Below are positions 48,123 through 59,480 of a stretch of 64,000 nt of DNA, piece after piece (within the stretch, counting starts at the first letter, position 1; every line of letters starts with the position of its first letter). The notes under the pieces were generated by a model. The model worked only from the letters and a program-made list of their open reading frames with translations. It was not told where the DNA came from and did no database searches. The stretch is from Amphiscolops sp. MND2022 (Eukaryota): assembly GCA_964187785.1 (NCBI GenBank), contig OZ076409.1, forward strand, positions 83,702,001 to 83,766,000, given 5' to 3'. A program made the position numbers and the translations under genes.

Positions 48123-49265
48123 TCAAACTAGTTCATGCGCAAAAAATGGTTTCTCGATTGTCAGTTTAAAAGCTTGAACAAGCGCTTTCCTTGCTTTCAA
48201 CATCGGTTCTCTCTCGCTCTTCCTGTCTCCGGCAAACTCAAAATAGTAACCATCCAAAAGATGTTGGATGAATTCGTCTTCTCCAGTGAATCTGCTAAAC
48301 ACGTCGTCAGCTGGCTCTTGGTAAATTGAGAGAAGATATTGGCAACATGTCTCTTTTAATGTTTTAGGCTGGTTGAAAACTTCCAGAAGCATCAAAGCTT
48401 CGCAAGCTTTGCCATAATCGACTTTAACTGTGTACCACTGATCTCTTGCAATCGGCAGCACGTAGTCAAACATCCTGTTGTTGCAGCCGAAGCGTAAAAG
48501 TGCTTGGTCCAGATCGATCGCCAGGATGAATTCCAAAACTCCACTGTTGTTACCCCCTCCGAACCAGGCATCATCAAGTTGATCCATCACTTCCTCAATT
48601 GGTAAAAACTTCACAGAGAAATCATTCTTCGTCAAAACATGTTGGGAAACATTCCACATGTAACGGAGGCCCGGCGAATTTGGAGACATTGTTTCCGAAC
48701 CAAGTGACAGCCGACTGTCTCCGAGAACAATTGCCGGATGGTTCTCTGTTTTGATGAGAACTTTGAACACACGAACACCTTTATATAAATCTTGCGTAGA
48801 TATTAAGTTGAATGATCTAGCGGTACCTTCGTAATACATTTCATCGTCATCGTCAGAATCATCGTCGCCGTCATCATCAGCGTCATCATCATCATCATCA
48901 TCCGAATCAAGCCTGTTGAATAAATTTTCGAAGTCAGCACAAACTTCCGATTGGTCAACTCCAACAACTGTGTTTTGGAAACCTCTTTTGTTATAAATAT
49001 CCAGCATTGCCGAAGTCTTCCATTCTACAGGCTCAGTGCGAGCAGTTGTACTCAAAAAACCATCGAAGCGACTGCGTTTTCTGATCTCCGCTTCTGTTTC
49101 AATGTCGGGGTATCTTAACAGGCGCACTCTGGCTTCACACCCAAGGAAAACGTCGCCGTCGTAGTATGGAAAAACTCTGACGTGATGACGCAAATTGACA
49201 CAGCCTCGCTTGAAGTAATCATATAGAACTTGCTGGACATCTCGGTTGGAACTAAATTTTGCTAC
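48123..49265 (-). CDS. Hypothetical acidic protein with BC-box-like motif
   Basis: Open from an acceptor-like TTTAG at 49266; poly-Asp tract; PKTLKETCCQYLL; AATAAA overlaps the stop. Confidence 0.65.
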   Translation of the reverse strand, partial: VAKFSSNRDVQQVLYDYFKRGCVNLRHHVRVFPYYDGDVFLGCEARVRLLRYPDIETEAEIRKRSRFDGFLSTTARTEPVEWKTSAMLDIYNKRGFQNTVVGVDQSEVCADFENLFNRLDSDDDDDDDADDDGDDDSDDDDEMYYEGTARSFNLISTQDLYKGVRVFKVLIKTENHPAIVLGDSRLSLGSETMSPNSPGLRYMWNVSQHVLTKNDFSVKFLPIEEVMDQLDDAWFGGGNNSGVLEFILAIDLDQALLRFGCNNRMFDYVLPIARDQWYTVKVDYGKACEALMLLEVFNQPKTLKETCCQYLLSIYQEPADDVFSRFTGEDEFIQHLLDGYYFEFAGDRKSEREPMLKARKALVQAFKLTIEKPFFAHELV

Positions 49266-49323
49266 CTAAACGTCAAATCTCTTAAGTCACCTTCATAACA
49301 ACTATAGAGGCGTTCAACAGGGA

Positions 49324-52300
49324 GCAGTAGGATTGGTCAAAAAAATTGTTTGGCGTCAAAAACGTGTTTTTTCAACTTTTTCAACGTTTTTATGCAATTT
49401 TGAGACAAAAAAATTTTTTGACCAAAAAATTTTTCCGGACCCTCACATCACCCCTCACAGGGGGTACCCTATGCAGTAGGGTTGGACAAAAAACAATTTG
49501 GCGTCAAAAACGTGTTTTTTCAACTTTTTCAACGTTTTTATGCAATTTTGAGACAAAAAAATTTTTTGACCAAAAAAATTTTTCCGGACCCACACATCAC
49601 CCCTCACAGGGGTACCCTATGCAGTAGGGTTGGGCAAAAAAATTTTTGGCGTCAAAAACGTGTTTTTTCAACTTTTTCAACGTTTTTATGCAATTTTGAG
49701 ACAAAAAAATTTTTTGACCAAAAAAATTTTTCCGGACCCACACATCACCCCTCACAGGGGGTACCCTATGCAGTAGGGTTGGGCAAAAAAATTTTTGGCG
49801 TCAAAAACGTGTTTTTTCAACTTTTTCAACGTTTTTATGCATTTTTGAGACAAAAAAAGTTTTTGACCAAAAAATTTTTCCGGACCCTCACATCACCCCT
49901 CACAGGGGGTACCCTATGCAGTAGGGTTGGACAAAAAACAATTTGGCGTCAAAAACGTGTTTTTTCAACTTTTTCAACGTTTTTATGCAATTTTGAGACA
50001 AAAAAATTTTTTGACCAAAAAAATTTTTCCGGACCCACACATCACCCCTCACAGGGGGTACCCTATGCAGTAGGGTTGGGCAAAAAAATTTTTGGCGTCA
50101 AAAACGTGTTTTTTCAACTTTTTCAACGTTTTTATGCAATTTTGAGACAAAAAAATTTTTTGACCAAAAAAATTTTTCCGGACCCACACATCACCCCTCA
50201 CAGGGGGTACCCTATGCAGTAGGGTTGGGCAAAAAAATTTTTGGCGTTAAAAACGTGTTTTTTCAACTTTTTCAACGATTTTATGCTATTTTGAGAAAAA
50301 AAATTTTTTGACCAAAAAAATTTTTCCGGACCCTCACATCACCCCTCACAGGGGGTACCCTATGCAGTAGGATTGGGCAAAAAAAATTTTTGGCGTCAAA
50401 AACGTGTTTTTTCAACTTTTTCAACGTTTTTATGCATTTTTGAGACAAAAAAAGTTTTTGACCAAAAAAATTTTTCCGGACCCTCACATCACCCCTCACA
50501 GGGGGTACCCTATGCAGTAGGGTTGGGCAAAAAAAAAAATTGGCGTCAAAAACGTGTTTTTTCAACTTTTTCAACGTTTTTATGCAATTTTGAGAAAAAA
50601 ATTTTTTTGACCAAAAAAATTTTTCCGGACCCTCACATCACCCCTCACAGGGGGTACCCTATGCAGTAGGATTGGGCAAAAAAAAATTTTGGCGTCAAAA
50701 ACGTGTTTTTTCAACTTTTTCAACGTTTTTATGCATTTTTGAGACAAAAAAAGTTTTTGACCAAAAAAATTTTTCCGGACCCTCACATCACCCCTCACAG
50801 GGGGTACCCTATGCAGTAGGGTTGGGCAAAAAAAAATTTGGCGTCAAAAACGTGTTTTTTCAACTTTTTCAACGTTTTTATGCAATTTTGAGACAAAAAA
50901 ATTTTTTGACCAAAAAAATTTTTCCGGACCCACACATCACCCCTCACAGGGGGTACCCTATGCAGTAGGGTTGGGCAAAAAAAAATTTGGCGTCAAAAAC
51001 GTGTTTTTTCAACTTTTTCAACGTTTTTATGCAATTTTGAGACAAAAAATTTTTTTGACCAAAAAAATTTTTCCGGACCCTCACATCACCCCCTCACAGG
51101 GGGTACCCTATGCAGTAGGGTTGGGCAAAAAAAAATTTTGGCGTCAAAAACGTGTTTTTTCAACTTTTTCAACGTTATTATGCAATTTTGAGACAAAAAA
51201 AATTTTTTGACCAAAAAAATTTTTCCGGACCCTCACATCATCCTTCACAGGGGGTACCCTATACAGTAGGGTTGGGCAAAAAAAATTTTGGCGTCAAAAA
51301 CGTGTTTTTTCAACTTTTTCAACGTTTTTATGCAATTTTGAGACAAAAAAATTTTTTGACCAAAAAAATTTTTCCGGACCCTCACATCACCCCCTCACAG
51401 GGGGTACCCTATGCAGTAGGGTTGGGCAAAAAAAATTTTGGCGTCAAAAACGTGTTTTTTCAACTTTTTCAACGTTTTTATGCAATTTTGAGACAAAAAA
51501 ATTTTTTGACCAAAAAAATTTTTCCGGACCCTCACATCACCCTTCACAGGGGGTACCCTATACAGTAGGGTTGGGCAAAAAAATTTTTGGCGTCAAAAAC
51601 GTGTTTTTTCAACTTTTTCAACGTTTTTATGCAATTTTGAGACAAAAAAATTTTTTTGACCAAAAAAATTTTACCGGACCCTCACATCACCCTTCACAGG
51701 GGGTACCCTATGCAGTAGGGTTGGGCAAAAAAATTTTTGGCGTCAAAAACGTGTTTTTTCAACTTTTTCAACGTTTTTATGCAATTTTGAGACAAAAAAA
51801 TTTTTTGACCAAAAAAATTTTTCCGGACCCTCACATCACCCTTCACAGGGGGTACCCTATACAGTAGGGTTGGGCAAAAAAATTTTTGGCGTCAAAAACG
51901 TGTTTTTTCAACTTTTTCAACGTTTTTATGCAATTTTGAGACAAAAAATTTTTTTTGACCAGAAAAATTTTACCGGACCCTCACATCACCCTTCACAGGG
52001 GGTACCCTATGCAGTAGGGTTGGGCAAAAAAATTTTTGGCGTCAAAAACGTGTTTTTTCAACTTTTTCAACGTTTTTATGCAATTTTGAGACAAAAAAAT
52101 TTTTTGACCAAAAAAATTTTTCCGGACCCTCACATCACCCCTCACAGGGGGTACCCTATGCAGTAGGGTTGGGCAAAAAAATTTTTTGGCGTCAAAAACG
52201 TGTTTTTTCAACTTTTTCAACGTTTTTATGCAATTTTGAGACAAAAAAATTTTTTGACCAAAAAAATTTTTCCGGACCCTCACATCACCCTTCACAGGGG

Positions 52301-52586
52301 GTACCCTATACAGTAGGGTTGGGCAAAAAAATTTTTGGCGTCAAAAACGTGTTTTTTCAACTTTTTCAACGTTTTTATGCAATTTTGAGACAAAAAAAAT
52401 TTTTTTACCAAAAAAATTTTACCGGACCCTCACATCACCCTTCACAGGGGGTACCCTATGCAGTAGGGTTGGGCAAAAAAAATTTTTTGGTCAAAAAAAA
52501 TTTTTTGTCTCAAAATTGCATAAAAACGTTGAAAAAGTTGAATAAACACGTTTTTGACGCCAAAAATTTTTTTGCCCAACCCTACT
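49324..52586 (+). repeat. Tandem array of ~149-bp units inside Polinton B, ending in an inverted partial unit
   Basis: 21 full units starting at 49324, 49473, 49621 ... 52310, a partial unit at 52460, then about 105 bp of the unit inverted (about 52480-52586). Confidence 0.97.
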
Positions 52587-52727
52587 AATTTTTTGAAATT
52601 CTAATCAACAACAATTTGCAGTTTATCTCGATTGAAATCCCACTGTAGTTTTTGATTGAGAAATTGAGGTAGAGTTGGAGAGAAGAAAGAGAGAATCAAG
52701 TCAAACACTGGAGACAAGAGAGACACA

Positions 52728-52753
52728 CAGAGACAGAGAGAGAGAGAGAGAGA
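52728..52753. repeat. (GA)n microsatellite
   Basis: AGAG run within a purine-rich stretch. Confidence 0.7.
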
Positions 52754-52905
52754 GTTTGTGTTAAAGAGAAAAGCGGTGAGTTCGAGCAAAGTGAGAGTGC
52801 GTTTAAATGTTAGCAAGAAAGGTGAAGTAATGAGCTGTTGTAGCGTTTGAATACTCTATGTCGTTCATAGCTCAAATTCAATTAGTTGATAAGAAACGAC
52901 AAAAT

Positions 52906-53097
52906 TTTTCCCGCGCGGCGCGGGAAAACATTTGCTCGTGCGGATAAATTCCCGCGCGGCGCGGGAATTTGCTGTTCGGGCGAATAATTTCCCGCGCTGC
53001 GCGGGAAATTGTTGTTCGTGTGCATTATTGATTCATTTTGTTACTCATGAAACCCATTATGCCGCAGTAGTACAAATCCCCGCGCCGCGCGGGAAAA
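52906..53097. promoter_or_regulatory. Cluster of four CCCGCGC-N-GCGCGGG palindromes (E2F-like double sites)
   Basis: Palindromes centred at 52917, 52958, 52998 and 53086; several arms read TTTCCCGC, matching the E2F consensus TTTSSCGC. Confidence 0.6.
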
Positions 53098-53179
53098 TAC
53101 TATAATAGTTTGTCATTTTAGCTCCAATATGTAAATGAATAGAAAGAACCTGAAATGAAATTGTTTGTCAGCCTTTTAT

Positions 53180-53231
53180 ACTGGTTCATAATTGTTACTA
53201 GTACCTGGTTTATTTGCAGTTGTATTCTTCT
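53180..53231 (-). repeat. Right TIR of Polinton B
   Basis: Reverse complement of 30143-30194. Confidence 0.93.
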
Positions 53232-55009
53232 AGCTCCCTTCGACACAACCCATACCGGATTCAACGCAAACCGGATATGAAGAGTTCCGGGTAAAATGTA
53301 TACCCGATATTACGTTTCTTGGAGAATTTTTCAAAGCTGTTAAAAGTGCTAAGTAAATACTCACATATAACATCTAACACGTACTTAAATTCGGATAAAC
53401 CGTTTTCAAAGTTTCGGATGTAGCGTTTTCAAAGTTCGTATATACCGTTTTCATTTCTCGTACAACAATACTGATTTTTCCCAAAATTTCACAACATTTA
53501 GCGTCCAATGTAAAGCTTTAGGGTCAGCTTTTCAGTACTATAGGACGTTTTTGGATTTTCAAAAAATCTTTATTCAACAAGTGATACTAAAACCACGTCC
53601 CTCGGGTACACTTTTTTGCTTTGAGCGGGGAGCCCACTTGGGCCGTTCCCCGTTTGTTCAATTTGTTCAAAGTAAAATCAATTTGGGTTATCATAATTAT
53701 GATAACCTTAAGCGAAATATTGTCGATAAAGATCAAAAAGACAAAACCTTCAGCAAATTAATTGATGCAGCTCTCAGTATCTACTTCAAGAGTTCTTTAC
53801 CTAGCTCAACATTGTAAAAACTGCGAACTGAGACACTCAAAGACCTCCGGTAAACACATTGCAAGAAGGCGCTGAGTTATCCAGAGAAAAATGCTACCCA
53901 GTTCCGCCATTCGACAGCTTCGATTGGATGAAACGAAAATAGTGTGGTTGTCCCAAACATCGGGAGAACTTATGTGATAATTGAACTTGCATGAAAATCA
54001 TAACAAAACAAAAGACATTATTTTTGAAAGAAGTTAAATCATAAAGATGTTTTTCCTACAGAACTAACATACTCTTAAAGTCTCAGAATTTAATTTAGGT
54101 TCATCCCAACGATACTTCAGCATTTTTTTCCATCTGAACTCTTTTTTTTAAACTTTGTAATTTGCATTTTGGCTAGTCGTTGATCTACAGTGAACAAAAA
54201 CGAACCTACGACAGACACTTGGAGAACAACAACAGTAGTTAAAAACTGTTTTGAGAAAACTTTACTTCTGCTTTCTACAAACTTCCACATTCGAAAAGTA
54301 TCCTTCTGTTTCTATATTTTTCATTTAATCCACAACATGTGAGATCTATGAAGCATGCTTGTTGAATTATAGTCTGCTTCTTTCAAACATTATCAGTCAC
54401 TTCTTCGATGGCATGCATTCAACTTTGGTGGTTTTTGACGCCGAAACCTTACATTTCAATCGAAAAAATTTGCTGTTCATGTCAACACCAATGAAAGGTT
54501 TAAATAATAAGATATGTTTTTTGTTACCAGAAACAACTAGATTGCTGGTAAGTACTTTCCACGTTACCAAGTGGTTAGTTAACGCGTGTCAGTGCGCATT
54601 TCATCTGAATCAATAGATGACAAAAAGTTGCGGATGATTTGGTGCGAAAAGGTTGCATTAGAATAGTTAAATCAATAGGGAGGATTGATACATATTTACA
54701 GTACAATAAATATCTTTGAAATAAAACGCAATCAGGAAATTGTGATTTAGGAAATTGAATGAATAATAGGGAGGCGGAAACTTCGTCGTCGGAAATATTC
54801 CTAAATAAAAGCGTCCACTTATTCTCCGGTTAACTAACCAACTGGAAAGTGTTAATGTGAATAATTTCTAAATTTTGAGCGAATATTCATTAACACAACC
54901 AAGACGATAATTATTAAGACTCAAAAATTTTGTATAAAAGATAAACAGACTTACAGACACTCTCATTTGACTGAAAGCAACCAACGAGTAATTTGCAAAG
55001 TAGTACACC

Positions 55010-55877
55010 ATGGACACCATCGAATATTCAACTAGTAGCCGAGGCCGACCAATTGTCATTCGTCAAGGGCACATTTACAATATCGAAAGAGAAACTGACA
55101 TCAAAACTTTTTGGCGTTGCAACTTTTTCTACAAAACTAAATGCAAATGTCGATTGTAAACAATTGGATCAACCGTGCTGAAAAGCTTGGGGGCTCACAA
55201 TCACTTGGCAGAACCAGAAAATGCGGAGAAACAAAAAGCATACGCTGAAATGAAAAAGCGAGCAGGTATCTGCAGAAGTCAACCCCCTGGCAGCCTGATT
55301 GCGACATTTTCAATGGAACTCGAAGAACACGTCCTTGCTAAATTCCCGGCAATTGAACACACCAAGAAAACTATTTACAATCAGAGAAGAAAGGAACTTC
55401 CGCCTCTAGCAAATGACTTAAAAAGCCTTCATATTCCAATTGAGCAACGAATTATCAAATTTGGAGAGCAAGAGCTGCCCATGGTAGCGGCAGAAACGGG
55501 CGCAGAAAATGGCGACCAAAGAATCATCGTCTTCGCCATTCAACCACATTTGGAATACCTAAAAAATTGTGAAACCTTGATTTGCGATGGAACATTTGAC
55601 GCTGTACCACTTTTAACATACCAACTTTACACAATTCACGGCTTAGTTGACGATATAGCTCCGCCTTTACTACTTGCAATGTTACCTAATAAAAACACTC
55701 TGTGCTATGACACACTATTGGAGCTGGTTAAAAAAGTTGCCCCGAAATTAGCCCGAAACTCATCTTGACCGACTTCGAGAAAGAAGCCACCAACGCATGT
55801 AGCAAAGCGTTTCCCATAGTCACCCTCGGTGGTTGCAGATTTCATCTAGCGCAAGCAATAATAAGGAACGTGAATAG
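55010..55877 (+). pseudogene. Mutator-like (MULE) transposase remnant with FLYWCH-type finger
   Basis: FWRC...CKCR...HNH, then ICDGTFD, YQLYTIHG, and after a frameshift TDFEK and GCRFHLAQA; stop at 55157; truncated. Confidence 0.85.
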
Positions 55878-58206
55878 AATTTTTGAATTTCGATATTATT
55901 TTTAGAACGAAAAAGATGACAAATAACGACAGTTGCAAGTTCACCTAACTGAAATAAAAATAGTTGGAAATAAAACTAGACTGGAAGAGAAAGAGGAAAA
56001 TCGTGAGGTGCAGTGAAGCTGATTCGGCATTAAATATTTGAAATCCAGTTATTGTGACGCTGAAGCAATTTCAAGTTACAACAGTTGATTCCTTAAAAAT
56101 CGTCGTTCCGAAAACGAAATATTATTTTCCTCTCACATAAATGGGGGGGGTTTAGGAAAATCATGATCTGTGTTGCGTTTTTTTTCCAAATTCTGCCAAC
56201 TTTTTATAATCAGGTGCTTATAAAAGCTGTCATCTGGCTGTATCCGAACGTGCGGTCATAGTTATATACGAAGTAAATTGTGTTTTATTAATATATGAAG
56301 TAAATTGCGTTTTATACGAAGTATATTGCGTTTAACAAAGATGGAAGCGGAAATTCGAAAATATTGCACTATTTCCGAGATTTTGACGTTATATCCGAAC
56401 TATATTGTATTTTACTAAGGAGGAGGCGGAGATTTTAAAAAAAGCTCCCTTTTGTACCAACACGCTATATCCGAATTTTGACGTTATACCCGAAGTAAAT
56501 TGCGCTTTGCCAAGGAGTTAAATCTTCCATTAAGCGTCTGTTGTTGATTAATTGAAGGCGGAAAATTTCCCGGTGCTATAGCTTTAAACACTAAACCATA
56601 CCTTGACATTATGTTTGATCCTACTGATACAATAAAAACTACGTCAGACAAGACGAGAATTGCACATGTTGGCGCCCCGTTCAACGTTCACAAAATGCAG
56701 ATTTCTTAAAACCTTCTCCGGGCAGTTTTTTAAGGAAAATCTCACGGAGCCGAAAACTCCCTACGGGGGATTTGGGCTCGAATAAATTCTTGTAACTTTG
56801 CTACTAAGTTATATATTTCAAAAATTCGAAATAACTGAAATATGTATCTTTACCCAACGTAAAGCCAATCTATTGAAATAGTATTGTACTGTTACATTTC
56901 CATCCTGCAATAAACAAAGCAACATTCAATATTTGGTTTTCACCGAGATATAAAATTTCCTTTTTATCCTTTTTCTTAGTCTAGTTCCATGCAAAGCAAA
57001 AACGTCTTTTAAAATTCGAATGAGAAATAACAAAATTCGTGCAGCTCGAGTAATATTATAAATTCCTATTAAATTTACACGCTCCGTAGGTTTGAGTAGA
57101 TTTACATATTTCCAATGACGCCAAGTCTCAGCTACAATGCATCTGTTGTTTTTTTTGCGATGGCTACGAAAGATTTCAACTTCACGGTTGAACAAAATCT
57201 TCGTTTCGCCCGGACTGCTATCATTGCAATGGACCATTGTACGGCCATGGCAATGCAATGGATATGTTGAGTTGGAGGAATGTTGAATAATCACGACTAA
57301 AACATCGCACTTCATCTTCAACTCAATATTTTGTCAGATTAAGCAGTTTAAATATTTGCTGAGGTATAGTCTACGTAAAGATTCGCATTTCGTCGTGAAA
57401 CGCCCAAATAGTATCCATAATCTCAGTGGTATTGAACAAACTAACTACTATTCATTCAGAAAATTGTTTGCCTCTCATAATTCATAACTCCAGCTCAGCA
57501 CAAGGGATCGTTTGGACACTCAAGAAAACTCTTGCGGAACAAGCTACAAAGTAAGTAGTGCTCTATTATGAATGTCTCCATCTAGTCTCAAGGTTCCAAA
57601 CCTAGTTGGATAAGCTAACGAGTCTCGCGAAACCAGGTATCATACCATGATGGTGATCGGTATACCAATAATAGTGATAATCCGTATGAAATTTGAGCGT
57701 ACAAACTTGACAGAAAATTAACTGACATTTCTGATACATTCCACAGCTAGCAAACGACGTTCATAGAAAATTAGCTTTAATTTTAGTTCTTGAAAGTTTT
57801 TGGAGGATTTATGTGAACACTGAACAGGTTATCTCGATCTCAATTTGCCAATTTTTTAATGCATAGATAGAAGTTTTGAAAAAGATCAGGATGAAATGAT
57901 CCAAAGCCTCGCTTGAACAAAAAAGTATTTGTTGTGAATGCTACCAGCTTGTAACATTCCTTTGAGTCAATTTTAAAAACCTGCTAATTATACACAGCGT
58001 CGATATAGATTAAAATACGACAACTGAAAAAAATTCAAACAATAATCCCCCAAATTCAAAAGATATGTAATTTTAGTCAGCGCATTTTAACAAAATGAGC
58101 GCGACTTTTACAGTGGCAAGTTTGGTTTGCTTTTTTTTGTTCAGATAACAAAATGAGGGCGTAGTGGACACTTTTTACAGTTTTTACAACTAAACTACTG
58201 GACCGG

Positions 58207-59480
58207 CCAACGAAAACGCATCTAAATTAGTGCAGAGGGGGTTACCCTTTAATTTACTCCATTTTCAACGGAACATACTAAACCGGACGAGACTAAAGGG
58301 TCGACTTTCGTTTTTTTTCTGGCACCGTGAGACTTTTTTCGACAATTTTTAAATGTCTCCAAAGGGTCCTTTCAATTTTTTGTAACTTGGCAACAAACTG
58401 GATGCGAAAAAACACAAAGGATTCCCCTTTTACAATTTTCTGCATGGTGAGGCTTTTCAAAATCATTCTTCGTCTTAAAATTAGGTTTTTTCAGTGGCTC
58501 AGCACGCTATATCCGAACTTTTGGCGTTATGTCCGAAGTACGTTGCGTTTCATTAAAGGATGCCCGAGGCGAGGTTTGAAAAAATGCGCAATAACGAATT
58601 TTGACGTTAAATCTGAAGTAAAAATTTTTTACAGGGGAAGATATAAAAAGCACTTCCATGTGGCCCAACACGCTATACCCAAACTTTTGACGTTACATCC
58701 GTAGGAAATTGCGTTCTACTATGGAAGAGGCGGAGGTTGCACTGCATCGAAAATTTTGCGCCATGTCCAGTTTTTTTTTCAAGACCGCGTTTTTCGGTAT
58801 TAGGTGACATATTGGTAGTTTTTTGCATTATACCCCCTCAATGTTTATTTAAACCAACCAACGGAAACGCATCAAAATTAGTGTAAAGGCGGTCCCCCTT
58901 TCAATTACTCCATTTTCAACGTAACATGCTAAACCGGACGAGACTAAAGGGTCGACTTTCGTTTTTTTTTCTGGCACCGTGAGACTTTTTCGACAATTTT
59001 TAAATGTCTCCAAAGGTTCCTTTCAATTTTTTGTAACTTGGCAACAAAATGGATGCGAAAAAACACAAATGTTTCCCCTTTTACTATTTTCTGCATGGTG
59101 AGGCTTTTCAAAATCATTCTTCGTCTTAAAATTAGGTTTTTTCAGTGGCTCAGCACGCTATATCCGAACGTTTGGCTTTCTATCCGAATACGTTGTGTTG
59201 CATTAAAGGGATGGTCGAGGCGAGGTTTGAAAAAATGCGGAATAACGAATTTTGACGTTAAATCTGAAGTAAAATGCGTTTTACTGAGGAAGATATAAAA
59301 AGCACTTCCATGTGGCCCAACACGCTATAGCCAAACTTTTGGCGTTACATCCGTAGTTTATTGCGTTCTACTATGGAAGAGGCGGAGGTTGCACTGCATC
59401 GAAAATTTTGCGCTACATCCATTTTTTTCAAGACCGCGTTTTCCGGTACTATTCGACTTTTTGGTAGTTTTTTGCATCAA
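58207..59480. repeat. Tandem duplication of a ~650-bp repeat unit
   Basis: Copies start at about 58207 and 58858 and are colinear; they contain an inverted homologue of 27481-27553. Confidence 0.8.

Larger units (their letters stand above)
30143..53231. mobile_element. Polinton/Maverick endogenous virus B, full length (23.1 kb)
   Basis: 52-bp TIRs starting AGAAGAATAC; TSD AGCTCC at 30137-30142 and 53232-53237; PolB, ATPase, integrase, penton, core protein, MCP and protease all on the minus strand. Confidence 0.96.

Noticed and set aside
49324..52586. CRISPR array or coding repeat (many ORFs called here)
   Set aside because: Units are contiguous with no unique spacers and no cas genes; the ORFs are translations of the repeat in shifting frames.
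13268..53231. One giant 40-kb element
   Set aside because: Each half has its own TIR pair, TSD and full core gene set, with host repeats in between.
53800..54070. Possible FLYWCH/MULE fragment on the minus strand
   Set aside because: Only a faint WRN/CNV-like trace with stops; too degraded to support.
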